This document shows, in pieces, positions 11,054 through 25,751 of a stretch of DNA of 64,000 nt. The DNA comes from Azolla caroliniana. Lineage: Eukaryota > Plantae > Polypodiophyta. The position numbers and the translations under genes are program-made. How positions within the stretch are numbered: position 1 is the stretch's first letter; each line of letters starts with the position of its first letter. The notes beneath the pieces were generated by a model. The model did no database searches. It was not told the DNA's origin and saw only the letters and a list, made by a program, of their open reading frames with translations. The stretch is from contig JBHGNT010000021.1 of the NCBI GenBank assembly GCA_043228905.1, forward strand, positions 10,602,001-10,666,000, read 5' to 3'.

Positions 11054-11769
11054 TCATGGGCATTTTGGTCCACCTTGTTGAGTTTTCCAATTGTTGTAGC
11101 AGGGGCACACCTCCTTGTTGCCATAGGTGCCAGGAGGCACACACAGGCACTTGTTGCAACATTTGTTGCAAAAGAATGTGCACGCTTTATTCGTGAATGC
11201 CTTGGAGCAACGATATGCACAAGCACCCGGGCACTCTGTCCCCCAAAAAAGCCATTCACAAAATAAATTACTTAGTTGGAGGGAGTCTTTTGGGATTAGT
11301 AGTAATTAATATATGGATTCATGCGATAGACGATAGCCTAGTACTAACTACTGTAGGGCCACTTCTACACATTTGTGTAGTCAGCCGTGTGTGTGTGTGA
11401 CAGCATTGCATGTTAGTTAGTGTGTTATATATAATTAATGTGGGGAGAAGAAGAAGAAGCAACATTACGTACGTGATTGGCGAAGACCCGTGCCAGGAGC
11501 CGCACTTCCACTTCTATGGGCGTGGTGGCCTTTGTTAATCCCGTGATGCCCTACGTTACTCCCATGATGGCCCCCCCCATGCCCATGGTATCTCTGCACC
11601 AACCAAAAACAACAACAACAACACACACCCACCCCCATGTGAATGAAGAAAGAAGATCACCACCCATTTCCATAGGGCCGCTAATAATAGTACTATGTGC
11701 GTAACTCAATCCAAGACGCAACATCATTTTATCTCATTAAGAGTTGGGAGTGAGTGAGTGAGTGAGTGA

Positions 11770-11800
<31 letters not shown>

Positions 11801-12072
11801 ATTACCTGGGGTTCAACCATGGCTTGGGCCTGCCAAAACCAGAAAAAATGTAGGAAAGAGAAATCCGTTAGGCACTAATAAGATGATGAATGAGGAACCA
11901 CAGTTACAATTGATTCGAAGGAATTAATCATCACCTCCAGGAGGTATCCAGGGAACACGAGGAGGAAGGAAAGGGCCAGAAATAGCAGGATGCTTGCCAA
12001 TGACAAGTTGCTACTACTACTTTTTGTTGTGGTGGTGGTGGTTGAGGAGGAGGAGGACGACGATCTGCCCAT
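11054..12072 (-). CDS. GASA: GASA/Snakin (gibberellin-regulated cysteine-rich) secreted protein, 154 aa, 4 exons
   Basis: Exons 12072-11935, 11829-11806, 11593-11473 and 11235-11054, all GT-AG and in frame (465 nt). Hydrophobic signal LASILLFLALSFLLVFPG and a His/Gly-rich linker. C-terminal 12-Cys domain QCPGACAYRCSKAFTNKACTFFCNKCCNKCLCVPPGTYGNKEVCPCYNNWKTQQGGPKCP*. Confidence 0.95.
11748..11797. repeat. (GAGT)n/(TATG)n compound microsatellite in GASA intron 2
   Basis: Seen directly in the sequence. Confidence 0.9.
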
Positions 12073-14388
12073 CGTTCTTTTGGAAGGCTCAGTGAAACAA
12101 AAAATATGATCCGAATTAGGGTTTGGGAGGGCTACCCTAAAATGCGTTTGTTGTTGTTTCTGCCTCTCCCCCCACCCCACTCCACCCCACCCTTCCTCCT
12201 CCTCCTCCTCCTCTACTACTACTAATAATACTGCTTCTTCTTCTTCCTCCTCTTCCTCCACCCTTATAATGCACAGCTTTTCATTTACTGTTTCTCTGGC
12301 TTTTACACTTTACAGTAAATAACAATGGTCTCTCTCTCTCTCTCTCTCTGCCTTTTCTTTTTTGTTTGCTTTTCTTCTTTAACACCCACCAATCCACCCA
12401 CTTGGATGGATTATTTACTACTTCTTTCCCACCTCCAAGCCTTTGACCCTGCTCCCACCTCCACCTCCTTCTCCTTGAATAATTTCTCATGATGATGATG
12501 GATGGATGGATGGAGAAATTGTTCAATATAATTCATCTCTTCTCTTCAACATATCCTACTCCCCTTCCCTTCCCTTCCCTTCCCTTCCCTTTCCATTCTT
12601 CTCTTTTCTCTGCTTTCGGGAAAAGGATTATGCCGCAAACATTCGCTCCTGCCCTCCTGCGTCATGACTTGAAAATTGAGAGTCGAGACCCTTTGCCCTT
12701 CTTTGCCCTTGCCTTTCCCCCTTTTTTACCCTTGCCATAAACATTGTCTCTTGTGTGAACATGTAATAAATTCTCACATACATACATATCGGCTTGGATT
12801 GTCAAATCTACTTGTTTTGTCTCTACACACACATTTGGGCACAATCCCATCCATGTAAGAGAGAGACACAGAGCTTCCCTTCCCTGGGATGATATGTACT
12901 TCCTTAGCCCGGGGCAATGGTTCGGCTTGCGCCACAACCCAACCATGGAACTGTTGCTTAACCGCCTCATTGCTTAAAATCGGTTTAGTTTATGACCCGA
13001 GATTGGAAAATGGTTTGGTTTGGTTTTAATTTGTGGCGTGTTCTAACAATTTTATGAGTTCTAAAGCTTGAAAGTGCGACTTACATACCCATACCCACCA
13101 CCCACATGTGTTTGTTTAAGAGTATGAATAACATATAGAATCACTTTTTTCATAGTTGATGCAGATTCTCTCTTAAAAAGGGTTCAGTTTTAAACCGTTT
13201 AAGTTTTGAGGGTTCCATTAACTTAAACAATTTCATAGTTTGGTTTGGTTCTGTTTAGGTTACTGTTGAGATATCCAGCTCAACTAAGTTTAGCCATTTA
13301 GTTAACCACGCAACTTAGTAGTTACCTAGATAGAATCTAGTTAGTGTGTTGACATTTTTAACCCTTAAATAGGATCTTGTACTTGTACGTAAGTGGGAAT
13401 ACATTCTAGATCCTCCACAACCAAGTATATTTAATATAGGAGTTACATCCTTGTACCTATATTCCACTCACACATGTGCACCCTTGCACATGAGTTGTAT
13501 ATATACCTCATTGTGGGTATTTTTGTAACTTGATGCTTATTAATATAGAGAAAGTTCTTTAGCAACACTCTTGTTAATAATCCCCCCATTTATATTATTG
13601 TTCATATAAGTGTAACTTCCTCTCTCTCTTCCTCTCACACACATACACACACATATCACATAATCTTTCACTGCGTTATCAACTACTCACATAATTAGAC
13701 ACTAATTAACCCTAGTTAATTACCTAATTATTAACATGGCATCAGAGTGCATGGTTTAGCATATCCACTAAGCCCACCCGATTCCGTGATTGTGTGTTCG
13801 AGACGCCGACGAAAAATCTGGTTATCCGCTACCGTAGTGTCGCTACGTAGCACGTGTACGTGGCCAAAGGAAGAAAAGCCAAGAAGGAAGACACTACATC
13901 AACACGTAGATGGGTAGCTCACTCCCTAGTGAAAATCTAGACCGGAGCAATGATTCATCTTGGGAGTACAAGATGAACCAATACCTAGTTGGCCAAGGGT
14001 ATTGGAGCTACATCAACGACGCACTCGAAAACAAACTCGACATCACAAACGCCAACTACCTAACGTGGGAGCAATGAGCGAGTAGGGTAATGTATTGCTT
14101 GGCAACATGTGTCCCCGACCACATGCCTAAACACATTTGAGACACCAAGATGCCTAAAGAAGCGTGGGCGAACTTAAAGAAAATTTTCGCCGCCAACATG
14201 ACTGCCCACAAGCTTCAACTCCGGAAAGAGTTGAACAACATACAACAAAAAGATATGCTCGTGTCAGACTACACCGCCAAGATCAAGAGCATTCACAACT
14301 AGCTTGGGTCCATCAACGTAAATGTCGACGAAGACGAGATGGTTCAAGTATGCTTGGGCGGCCTCACACATTGGTTCGACTTGATAAG

Positions 14389-17300
14389 TGTTGAGAAACA
14401 AGCTCAACAAAAGGTATGTGGTGCTTATTGAGAAGTAAGATCTTCTATAGTAGCTATTAGGAAATTAGCTAGTGGACATAAAGGTGAAACAACTATTTAG
14501 CTATTCACAGCTATTTAACTACTCACAACTAATTAGCTGCATATATAAGTAACATATAACTTAGGTAAAAAGATAGTAGTTATAAGAAAACAGAGAAAGA
14601 CCAGAAAACAAAAAACTGACGAGAGCGAGTTCAGCTCTACGTGTAATGAAATAGAAGAAGCTTTTGGTTTGCTACAGAGGTAAGTCTCTTTCCCCCTTCG
14701 TTTTCTGTCTTGAGCACACTAACGACCCAACACATCACGATCCACTGCTCACAAAGAAGAGCCGGAGCGCCTTCGTAACATGGTATTAGAGCAGAGTTGC
14801 TCGTAAAGAGGAACAATACAAATCTGAGAAGTTTGGTTCTGGTTACTGGGCTAAATCAGAGAGTTGTCTATGAAGTTAATCGTAGCAAAAACCCTAATTG
14901 AAAGAGAGAATGACTGCTGAGAATGGAGGCCAAATAGTCACAAAAAAGCTAGATAAAAACAATTTCCCTACGTGGAAATTCTGAAGGACAAATTTCCTGA
15001 TGGGAAAAGGATATTGGGATTACATTGAAGGAGACCTAGAAGAGGCTCTAGAGATCCTTGAAGAAAATGCAACTACTGGACAGATTAAAACATTTAAGGA
15101 ATGAAATCAAGGGGCAAGGAAAGTATTGCATTGGCTATCACTTAGCATCTCAGATTCGATGCTTGGACACATACAAGATGCTTTGCTTCCAAAAGAAGCT
15201 TGGGACAGTTTGGTAAAATTGTTTGCAGTAAACTCAAAGGCTAGAAAGCTTCAGTTGAAGACTGAGCTAAATACATTGGAAAAAGGTAAGATGTCAGTTA
15301 ATGAGTATGCTCTGAAAAAGAAGAGCATATGTGAGTCCCTTGCTTCTATTAATGTGAAGGTAGAAGATGATGATATGGTGAAAATATGCTTAGGACCTCA
15401 ATATAAAAGCTTCAAAACATCTATTCTCACAAGGGATAGCATGCCAAGTTTTCCAGATCTAGTTTCAATGCTTGTAGTGGAAGAAAGAAGTTAGATGGAT
15501 GATGTAAACAAAGGAAACTTTGAGACTGAGAGGCAAGCCCTCTACAATAGTGCTAGAAGAGGTTGACGAAGAGGCCATGGAAGATTTGGTTCAGCTAGAA
15601 CCAACAACAATCAAGGAAGAGGACAACAGGCTACAAGTAGAAGAAACAACATCAGAGGTAGGGGGAGCAATCGAGCCAGAGGTAGGCAAACTTATTTGAA
15701 TGATGATGGTTGTTGGTATTGTGGAAAACTAGGCCATACACAGGCTAAATGCTATAAAAAGCAAACTGATGAAAAAAGAGGGAAGAGATAGAAAAATAAC
15801 TATGCTTCAACTAGTGAAGACTATGATATAGATGGTGCATTTGTGATGCAACATGAAACAATAAGAATGGCTGAATGTTCACAAAGATGCAATGAAGATT
15901 ATATGTGGTATGTAGATTCTGGGGCATCTAATCATATGACAGGACCTGCAACCTGGTTTGAAAGTCTAAGAGAACCAGATATTCATGGTTATGTACAAAC
16001 AGGTGATAACACCACTCATACAATCGAGCATGTTGGAGATATCCCATTGTGGGAAGAAAAAGGAAAGACAAAGTATATGCTGAATATTATGCATGTGCCA
16101 AACCTTGCAAAAAATCTGATTTCTATTGGACATATAGTAGAGCAAGGAATGCAAGTTAAGTTTAAGCAAAGTGGGTGCTTTATAGAGAAACAGGGAAAGC
16201 TTATTGCAAAAGGAAAACAACAAGGAAGGATGTTTGTGTTAGATGTGGATATGCTTCGAAAGATTACAACCATCTTTGCAGAAGGAATGAGTGTAATCTT
16301 AGATGTGGAAATGTGGCATAAGAGAATCGGTCACATAAGTATGCAAACCTTGAAAAATATGTTGAGGAAAAATGCAGTGGCTGGATTGCCTAAGTTGAAA
16401 GATTGTGAGATGAGCAAAATATGTGAAGCATGCCAATATGGAAAGCAAAACAGGTTGTCTTTCCCTCATGAAAGACATGTAAGCAAAAATTTGTTGGATT
16501 TGGTACATACAGATTTATTGGGACCAACAAAAAATGCATCAATTAGTGGATGTAAGTTTTATGTAACATTGATTGATGATTGCTCAAGGAAAACGTGTGT
16601 TTACTTCATGAAAGAGAAAAGTGAAGTATTTGATTGCTTTCGTAAGTTTAAATGCATGGTAGAAAAGCATGCTGGAACTAGATAAAATATTTAAGGTCTG
16701 ATGGAGGAGGAGAATACTTTTCAAATGAATTTTCTGATTTTCTATGCAATCAAGGAATAAGGAGACAATTTACATGTAGATATACTCCACAACAAAATGG
16801 AGTTGCTGAGAGAAAAACAGAACTCTGGTGAACAAAGCAAGAGCCATGATGATTGAAAAAAATATGTCATTGTATTACTAGGCAAAAGCTGTCAACACAA
16901 CAAACTTTATTCTATATAGATGTACAACATTTGGAGTACATGAAGTAACTCCTGAAGAATGTTTCTATGGAAGGAAACCTAGTTTAGGACACTTAAAAGT
17001 GTTTGGATGCCTTGCCTATGTTCATGTACCTGCTGAAGTAAGAAGTAAGCTTGATCCAAAAGTTGGAAAATGTGTTCTTGTTGGATATTCAGAGGAGCAA
17101 AAAGGGTATAGATGTTATAACCCGTTGACAAAAAACATTGTGGTAAGCCATGATGTAATATTTGATGAGTTGGGCAGTTGGTACAACCCAAAAGAAAATG
17201 TAGAAACTAATGAAGACTATGAAAATGAAGAGAGAGGAAAATTTGAAAATGGAAGAGATTGCCATGGAAATGGAAGCAATGTTGGACAACAAGGTTCAAC

Positions 17301-19629
17301 ATCAATAGAATGTACTGAACCATTTGAAAAATTTGGTAGTAAATCTGAATCAAATGCTTGGAGTGGACGGAACACAAGACACAAAAAATATGATGATAAA
17401 AAAGGAAAACAAAAGATGCCAGAGTATGAAATGTTTGATGAAGGATCTAGAAACATGGAAGATGTAGATTCAGATACATTATTGGATGATGAGCTTGGTA
17501 TAGGAACCTTGAAAACCCCTGGTATGGAAACGACAATGAAAGATGCAAGTCAGAAACTGAGAAGATCATATAGAGAGAAAAAGACTGTTGAAAGATTTGG
17601 TTATGATACATAAATGGCTATGCATTATGCATACATGTCTAAAGTGGTACAAATCCCTAATCCAAATAATTTTGATGAAGCAAAATCTGGATTTAGTGAA
17701 GTTACCAAAAGGAAAAACTGTGGTAGGTTGCAAATGGGTCCACAAAACAAAGCATGATTCCAATGGGAATGTAAGTAGACATAAAGCAAGACTTGTGTCA
17801 AAGGGATATGCCCAGATGCAAGGAATTTATTATGATGAAACATTTGCACCGGTTGCAAAGATGGCAACATTGAGAACACTACTTGCTGTGAGTGCAGCCA
17901 AAAGATGGGTTCTACACCATATGGATGTAAAAAATGCTTTTTTACATGGTAACTTGGAAGAGGAAGTATACATGTGTCAACCACTAGGTCTTGAAGATAA
18001 GAAACATCCAGAATATGTTTGTAAGCTGAAAAAGGCTCTTTATGGACTGAAAGAAGCACCGAGAGCATGGCATAAGGAACTTTCAGAATCTCTGAAACAA
18101 ATTGCTTTCAAAATGTCAAAAGTTGATCCATCACTGTATGTAAAGAAGATAAATAATTGCATTGTTGTTATCTTGATATATGTAGATGATTTAATCATTG
18201 GAGGTGATTCTATGGATGAAATAAGGAAGCTTAATAAAAATCTTGAAATGCATTTTCATATGAAAGATTTAGGAGAGTTGAGATACTTTCTTGGTATTGA
18301 GATGATCAAATCTGAAAGTGGTATATATATGTTGCAAAAACAGTATGCAACAACTATGTTGAAGAAGTATGGTATGCTTGGATGCAAACCTATTGATGTA
18401 CCACTAGATAAGAACTGCAAATTGAGGGCCGATTTGGGAGCCAAAATAGAAGATGTAAACATGTATAGGTCTATGGTGGGCAGCCTCATATATTTGACTA
18501 TAACAAGACCTGATTTGAGTTATGCAGTTGGATTTGTCAGCCAATTTATGCAACAACCAACAAAGCCACACTTGGACTGCATTAGAAGAATCTTGAGGTA
18601 TGTAAAAGCTACTCAGAACTATGGACTGTTTTACAGGGCTGATCTGGACATAAAGCTGGAAGGATATATAGATGTGGATTGGGCTAGAAGCCAAACTGAT
18701 AGAAGATCCACAAGTGGATATATGTTTACATTGGGAAGTGCAACTATTTCATGGAGTAGCAAGAAACAAGCTACTGTTGCATTATCAAGTACTGAAGTTG
18801 AATATAAAGGAGCTGCAATAGTCACCTGTGAAGAGGTATGGATCGGAAGATTTCTTGCTGATTTGGGAGAATATATAGATGGTGCAGTCACAATTTGGTG
18901 TGACAATATGAGCAACATTTAGCTCGCAAAAAACCTAGTGTTCCATGCAAGAACAAAGCACATTGAAGTGCATTATCACTATGTTAGGGAAAAAGTGATT
19001 GATGGAGAAGTGCATCGGTTGTATGTAAGCACAAATCAACAAGTTGCTGATATTCTTATGAAGGGATTAAGCATGGAAAAACATACACTGTTTAGAGACA
19101 TGATGGGAGTTGTAAGCATTGGTATGATAATTGAAAAGCATGAAGAAAAGAAGATTGAAGATGATCCCAAGAAAGGATAAGTTGAGCTTGAGGGGGAGTG
19201 TTGAGAAACAAGCTCAACAAAAGGTATGTGATGCTTATTGAGAAGTAAGATCTTCTATAGTAGCTATTAGTAAATTAGCTACTAGTGGACATAAAGGTGA
19301 AATAACTATTTAGCTATCTACAACTATTTAGCTATTCACAACTATTTAGCTAGTCATAGCTAATTAGCTACTCACAGCTAATTAGCTACATATATAAGTC
19401 ACTTATAACTTAGGTAAAAAGATAGTAGTTGTAAGAAAACAGAGAAAGAACAGAAAACAGAAAAATGACGAGGGTGAGTTGAGCTCTGCGTGTAATGAAA
19501 TAGAAGAAGCTTTTGGTTTGCTACAAAGGTAAGTCCCTTTCCCCCTTCGTTTTCTGTCGTGAGCACACTAATGACCCAACACATCACAATCCACTGCGCA
19601 CAAAGAAGAGCCGGAGCGCTTTCGTAACA
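14389..19629 (+). mobile_element. Full-length Ty1/Copia element B (decayed gag-PR-INT-RT-RH)
   Basis: LTRs 14389-14780 and 19199-19629, TSD ATAAG on both sides, PBS tggtattagagc at 14781, PPT gagggggag at 19190. Motifs WYVDSGASNHM, WHKRIGH, LYGLK, YVDDLI, SWSSKKQ and RTKHIEV. Confidence 0.97.
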
Positions 19630-21174
19630 ATAAGGACGGATATCTTAGCGAGAGAAAACCCTCCTTCGTTCTTCGATCTCCAATCACCTCCGACTCCACA
19701 AACACCTCCAACTCGGAAGGTGTGTGGTTCGTCGACTCCGGCGCCTCACATAGAGACGGGAGTGGTTTCGTGACTTAAGAACACCGGATTGACCCGGCTA
19801 CATAGGGACAAGAGACGACACCACACATCCCATTCGGCACATTGACAATGTCCCATTCGGGAAAGAAGGTGAACAAAATTGCATAAAAAACGTCTTGCAT
19901 GTACCGACAATAACAAAGAATTTGGTCTCGGTCGGCCAAATCATGGAGCAAGGCATGCAAGTTCATTGCAACAACGAAAGATGCTTTATAGAAAAAGATG
20001 GCCGACTCATAGGTAGGGGACAGAAAGAAGGCTGAATGTTTATTCTCGATTCGAACGGCCATGTATGCCAAAGGTCTCAAAATCGAGATGAACATTGAGT
20101 TGTGGCACAAGAGAAACGACCACATCAACCTCCAATGGCTTCGAGCAATGCAATTAAAGGGAGTTGTCATCAGGCTTCCGGCCCTTGATTCAAAACGAGT
20201 CGATCGAGTGTGCGAAGCATGTCAACTCGGCAAACAACATCGACTTCCATGCCCAAAGGAGAGCTACGTAAGCAAAGGCCTCCTCGATGTGATCCACTCA
20301 AATGGATGGGGACCGGCTCAAACGCCAACGATCAAAGGATGCCAGTACTACTTCACCTTCATTGAAAAGTACTCCCTCTACACATGGATCTTCCCGATGA
20401 AGAAGAAGAGTGAAGTGCTCTCTCACTTTCAAAAGCTCAAGAGCCAAGTCGAAAAAGAAACCGATCGACACATTCGATGCCTATGATCGGATAGAGGCAA
20501 GGAGTACTTCTCCAAGGAATTCATCTCCTACCTCCAAGGTGAAGGCATCCGGAGAGAATTCTCATGCCAACACACACCCCAACAAAATAGAGTAGCCGCC
20601 ACAAACTTGAGGTAGCACGAACCATGATGCATGAGAAACACATGCCGAATTTCTATTGGGCTGAAACAACATCCACGCCCATTTATCTCATGAATCAATG
20701 CACCACTAATGGAGTGCATGAGCTTAAACTCCATATGAGATCTTTGTTTGAAGGAAGTCATTCCTATCGCACCTCAAGGTGTTCGGAAGCATTGCACATG
20801 TACACATCCTGAATGAAAAGCGACAGAAGCTCGACGCGAAGTTAGAGAAATATATCCTCGTAGGATACTTGTCTGAGAAAAAGGGGTACACGTGCTTCAA
20901 CCCTTCGAGTCGAGTGGTTCGAATAAGTCGAGACGTAGTCCTTGACGAATCAGCATCATGGTATGAGCCCGATTCGGCTCCATCTGGCCCAACCGAGGAA
21001 GAGTTGAATGTCAACTCGGATGACGATAATTGGCCAAGTCCTTTACCAAAGGACAATCCAAGTTGTACCGAGCTCAGTGGACCACATGAGCCTTCACGCG
21101 ACCAAAGCACGTTGCGGCTAAGTCTAAAATTATACAAAGGCAAAGGTAAGATGCCCAAATACGAAGTCAACCAC

Positions 21175-21462
21175 TGATGGGAATAGCGCGGAATATTGCT
21201 CGGCCTCAACCGAGTCTTGAATCACTTGGATGGAAATCAAACACAGAAATGGGAAATGGGGAGAGAGCACATGTACACACGGAGACAACGATAGAGGATA
21301 CACAAGATGTTTACATGGAAAACCCTAATAGGGAAAAACCACGGGAGTCCACAGACTCCAAACTATCACTATATAGGAAAGGTACAAACAGAGACTCAAA
21401 GGCAACAACCTTGAGCTCTGTATCTTTGCCAGTCGGCAGTTACAACAGAGTATCGCTCTCTG

Positions 21463-21497
<35 letters not shown>

Positions 21498-24400
21498 AAC
21501 AGTTATCTATCAACGACAATATGACAACAACACATCTAAAGTGTTTGCCCTAAGCCATATTTATGCTTACATAAACTTAGGGATATTTACAAATATAGCC
21601 TCAATAGGCTTACTCAAAACATATTTACAAATATGTCTTCTCTTCCGATTTTCATCGGGACCATCCAATCCGGTTTCCAAATCTCTTTCGGTTCTCACCG
21701 GGTCCTCTTCATTCATGACCGGATCCCATCCAGAGGGACTGATTTCCCAACAATCTCCACCTTCACTCTGGCATTGGATGTCTTGTCAGCCCGATCCGCT
21801 TTCGGCACGCGTCCATCTTGTCGGTCGCCAACACCTTGGTCAGCATATCCGATCCGTTCTCCTCCGTGTGGATCTTTGTCAGCACGAACTCTTGATCTTC
21901 TACTCTCTCCCGGATCCAGTGGTACCTCTATTGGATATGTTTCATCAGGGAATGGTAGGCCGCGTTCTTTGCAAGGTGGATGGCACTTTGATTGTCGCAG
22001 TAGAGCCGGTATTCCTGTTGTTGGATCCCTAGCTCTCCGATGAAGCCCTTCATCCAGATTATCTCCTTGCCGGCTTCCACAACTGTCATGTACTACGCCT
22101 CCGTGGTTGACAAAGCAACCGTCTTCTCCAGCCTCGATTGCCACGAGACAGCTCCCCCTGCATAAGTCATGACATATCCGGATGTAGACCGGCTGGTATC
22201 CGCATCAGCCGACATATCTGAATCCGTGAATCCATCAAGTTGGGGATTATCAGAGTCGAACCAGAGGCACATACTCGCGGTGCCTTTCAAGTACCGGAGT
22301 ACCCACTTGACCGCGTTGAAGTGCTCTTTGCCGGATTTTTCATGAACCGGCTCACCACTCCGATTGCATATCCGATATCCGGTAGGATACATACCATCGC
22401 GTATATCAAGATCCCGACGACAGAGGCCTATGGTATCTTCATCATATCCGTCTTCTCCGCCTTTGTCCTCGGGCTTTGTTTTTTGGATAGCTTGCAGTTT
22501 GCTGGAAGTGTCGATCCGATTGGTTTTGCCTCTGACATGTTGAACCTTTGGAGTACCTTTGTCACGTACTTTTCCTATGACAACCACAATAGCTTCTTCG
22601 ACCAGTCCCAGCTCATGTGCATTCCCAATATCTGTATTGCCGGACCCAAGTCTTTCATTGAGAAGGTTCGGTTCAGAGCCTTCTTCAGCATCCGAATCTT
22701 GCCTTGGTCTCGTCCGACGATCAATATATCATCCACATATAGGAGAAGTATCAGGAAATCTCCTCGGCACGGTGAATTCAAGCTAGATTCCCTTCAACCG
22801 GCAGTACTCCTCGAACTGCCCCTGCTATTCTCCTCCGTTATCTATCTGCTCAAACAACCTTCAGCTTCCGGCCGGTTTCTCTTTCCATTTTCGCGTGGAG
22901 GTCCTTGAAGACGGATACCACTTCATCCTTCGTCTTTAGTGGTGAGACCCACAACTTTCGGTTGTGGTCATCTATGAACGTCACGAAGTACTGCGATCCG
23001 GCATGTGACTTCGTGTCCACTTGACACACATCGGTATGCAACAACTCCAATGGTGCATTCCCTCTCATCGGTGGTCTTGACCGGAAGGAGGTTCGGTTTT
23101 TCTTGCCGGCCAAGAATCGGTGGAGTTCTCAAGTTGCACGTCCTTCACCGGAATGAGATTGTCTTCATCCCTTTCTCGTTCATGCGACATAATCTTTTGT
23201 GCCACAACTCTCCAGTAGTGTCGGATGCTATGTACACTTCTTCCCGGCATATCCGGGCATGCATCAGATACAACGTGTTGAGCTTCCGGGCTCTAGCCAT
23301 GATCAAGCTTCCGTTGTTAAACTTCATGACTCCGTTCCAAATGCTACCCGTGTAGCCTTCATCATCTAGCCGACCGGCTGAGATCAGGTTCAGTCGAACC
23401 TCTGGAACGTGTCAGACATCCTTCAGCAACAACTTGCATTTGGTTGATGTCATCAACACCACATCTCCTAGGCCGACAATTCGGCATGTACCTTCATTCC
23501 CCATCCGGACACAACCATGATCGTCGGCTATGTAGGATGAGAAGCATTTCAGATCCAGAGTCAAGTGGAATGACGCTCCGGAATCAACAATCCACGTTGT
23601 CTCGTCACTGACAAGGTTTAACTCATTCTCCTCGGTAATGATCATCAGTTCTTCTTCACTTGTCGCAATTGCCGACGTTCCTTTCCGATCCGGGCCTCTC
23701 TGGTCTGAACCGTTTCTGTCCGAACTCTTCTTCGAATCGGTAGTGCCGGTTTCTTTCTCTTTTCGGAAGTGCCGATAATTCTTTTGGAAATGCCCCGGCT
23801 TCCCACAGTAGAAGCAAGTAGGCCTCCCCCTTGACTTCGACCTCATCCCCGATTGGTCCCGGTTTTGGGGACTCCTATATTGGCCTCTTCCCCAGTTGTG
23901 GTCATCTTCCGTGATTAAGGCCTTCGGATCGGTTCCGGACTCCCGGTCCTTCCGGCAGGCTTCTTCATCTAGCAAGCTTGACTTGACTCTTGCTAGGGAC
24001 AACTGTTTTCCTTCCGGCCCGACGTTGCCCAACGTGACAACTAGCGTCTCCCAACTATTCGGGAGGGAACCGAGCAGGAGTAATGTGAGTACCTCATCGG
24101 CGAGAGGCACTTCTAACGAGGTGGCTTGGTGTATTAGCTCCTGGAAGGCATTCATGTGCTCCGCTATACCAGAGTTGTCGTGGTACCGGAGCCTCACTAG
24201 CTTCCGGAATACCGAAACCTGATTAACGGCATTCTTGTTCTGGAACATGATGCCGATCTTCTCCCAGAGTTCATGAGGCCTCTCTTCATTGAAGTTGTTG
24301 TACAGGCTCATGTCGATGAAGCACCGGATGTATGTCGTGGTCTTCATGTGCATCACCTCCCGCATTGTGGCGTCAATCTTATTCGGTCTCTTGTCCCCGA

Positions 24401-25103
24401 ATTGAACTGGCAACCAAAGATCTTTAACCACCAGCATATCCCTCATCTTCGACTTCCACACTGAGTAGTTGGAACCGGTGAGTGGGAACAAGCCGCCGAA
24501 CGATTCTTCCATTTCTTGTGTTGTTCGCTCTGATACTAGTTTGATGGGAATAGCGCGGAATATTGCTTGTCCTCAACCGAGTCTTGAATCACTTGGATGG
24601 AAATCAAACACAGAAATGGGAAATGGGGAGAGAGCACACGTATACACGTAGACAACGATAGAGGATACACATGATGTTTACGTGGAAAACCCTAATAGGG
24701 AAAAACCATGGGAGTCCATAGACTTCAAACTATCACTATATTTGAAAGGTACAAATAGAGACTCAGAGGCAACGACCTCGAGCTCTGTATCTTCACCAAC
24801 CGGCGGTTACAATAGAGTATCACTCACTCTCTCTCTCTCTCTCTGTACAATAGTTATCTATCAACGACAATATGGCAACAACACATCTAAAGTGTTTGCC
24901 CTAAGTCATATTTATACTTATATGAACTTAGGGCTATTTACAAATATAGCCTCAATAGGCTTACTCAAAACATATTTACAAATATGTCTTCTCTTCCGGT
25001 TCTCACCGGGTCCATCCGATCTGGTTTCCGGATCTCTCCCGGTTCTCACCGGGTCCTCTTCATTCATGACCGAATCCCATCTGAAGGGACCGATTTCCCA
25101 ACA
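21175..25103 (-). mobile_element. Ty1/Copia element C, internally deleted
   Basis: LTRs 21175-21752 and 24542-25103, TSD ACCAC on both sides. PBS reverse complement at 24527-24538, PPT next to 21753. Gag-PR ORF 23412-24512 (CFYCGKPGH, WIVDSGAS). Integrase is joined directly to the RT 3' part near 22780 (YVDDIL). Confidence 0.95.
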
Positions 25104-25751
25104 ACCACCCCGACGACAGTGATTCGGATGTGTTGGCTTGTTCACTAGACAATGAGTTTGGTGTACCGATTAAGGAGACACCCGAAGTACAAAAGGCACT
25201 CGCATCAACAAAGGAAAAACTCTAACGCTCATCTCGAGAGAAGAATCCAGTCACTCAGTTCGGCTACAACGAGTATACGACCATCACTATGCTTTCGCAA
25301 TGAAGGGGGCGACCGATTGAGAGCCCAAAAGCTTTACGAAAGTGGCTTGTGGCCACCGAGTGATGGAAACCATGGATGACGAGATGCAAGCACTCGGCCT
25401 TCGACCCTCTAAACTACAAGTCTTCGTCACAGGCTTGAGGGGGAGGAACTGAAACTATTGTGGAAAGGCCGAAGAATGCCGAGAACCGAACGAAAGCCGA
25501 CGAAGCCGAAAGCCCAACAAGGATGTCGAACGCCTCACACTTAAGCTTCAGGAGGCATGTTGAGATATCAAGCTCAACTAAGTTTAGCCATTTAGTTAAC
25601 CACGTAACTTAGTAGTTACCTAAACAAAATCTAGTCAGTGTGTTGACCTTTTAAACCCTTAAATAGGATCTTGTACTTGTACGTAAGTGGGAATACATTC
25701 TAGATCCTCCACTACCAAGTATATTTAATATAGGACATACATCCTTGTACC

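Noticed and set aside
10918-12261. ORF-track proteins 10918..11259 and the poly-Glu start of 11875..12261
   Set aside because: These are wrong-frame or 5' UTR microsatellite read-throughs of the spliced GASA gene.
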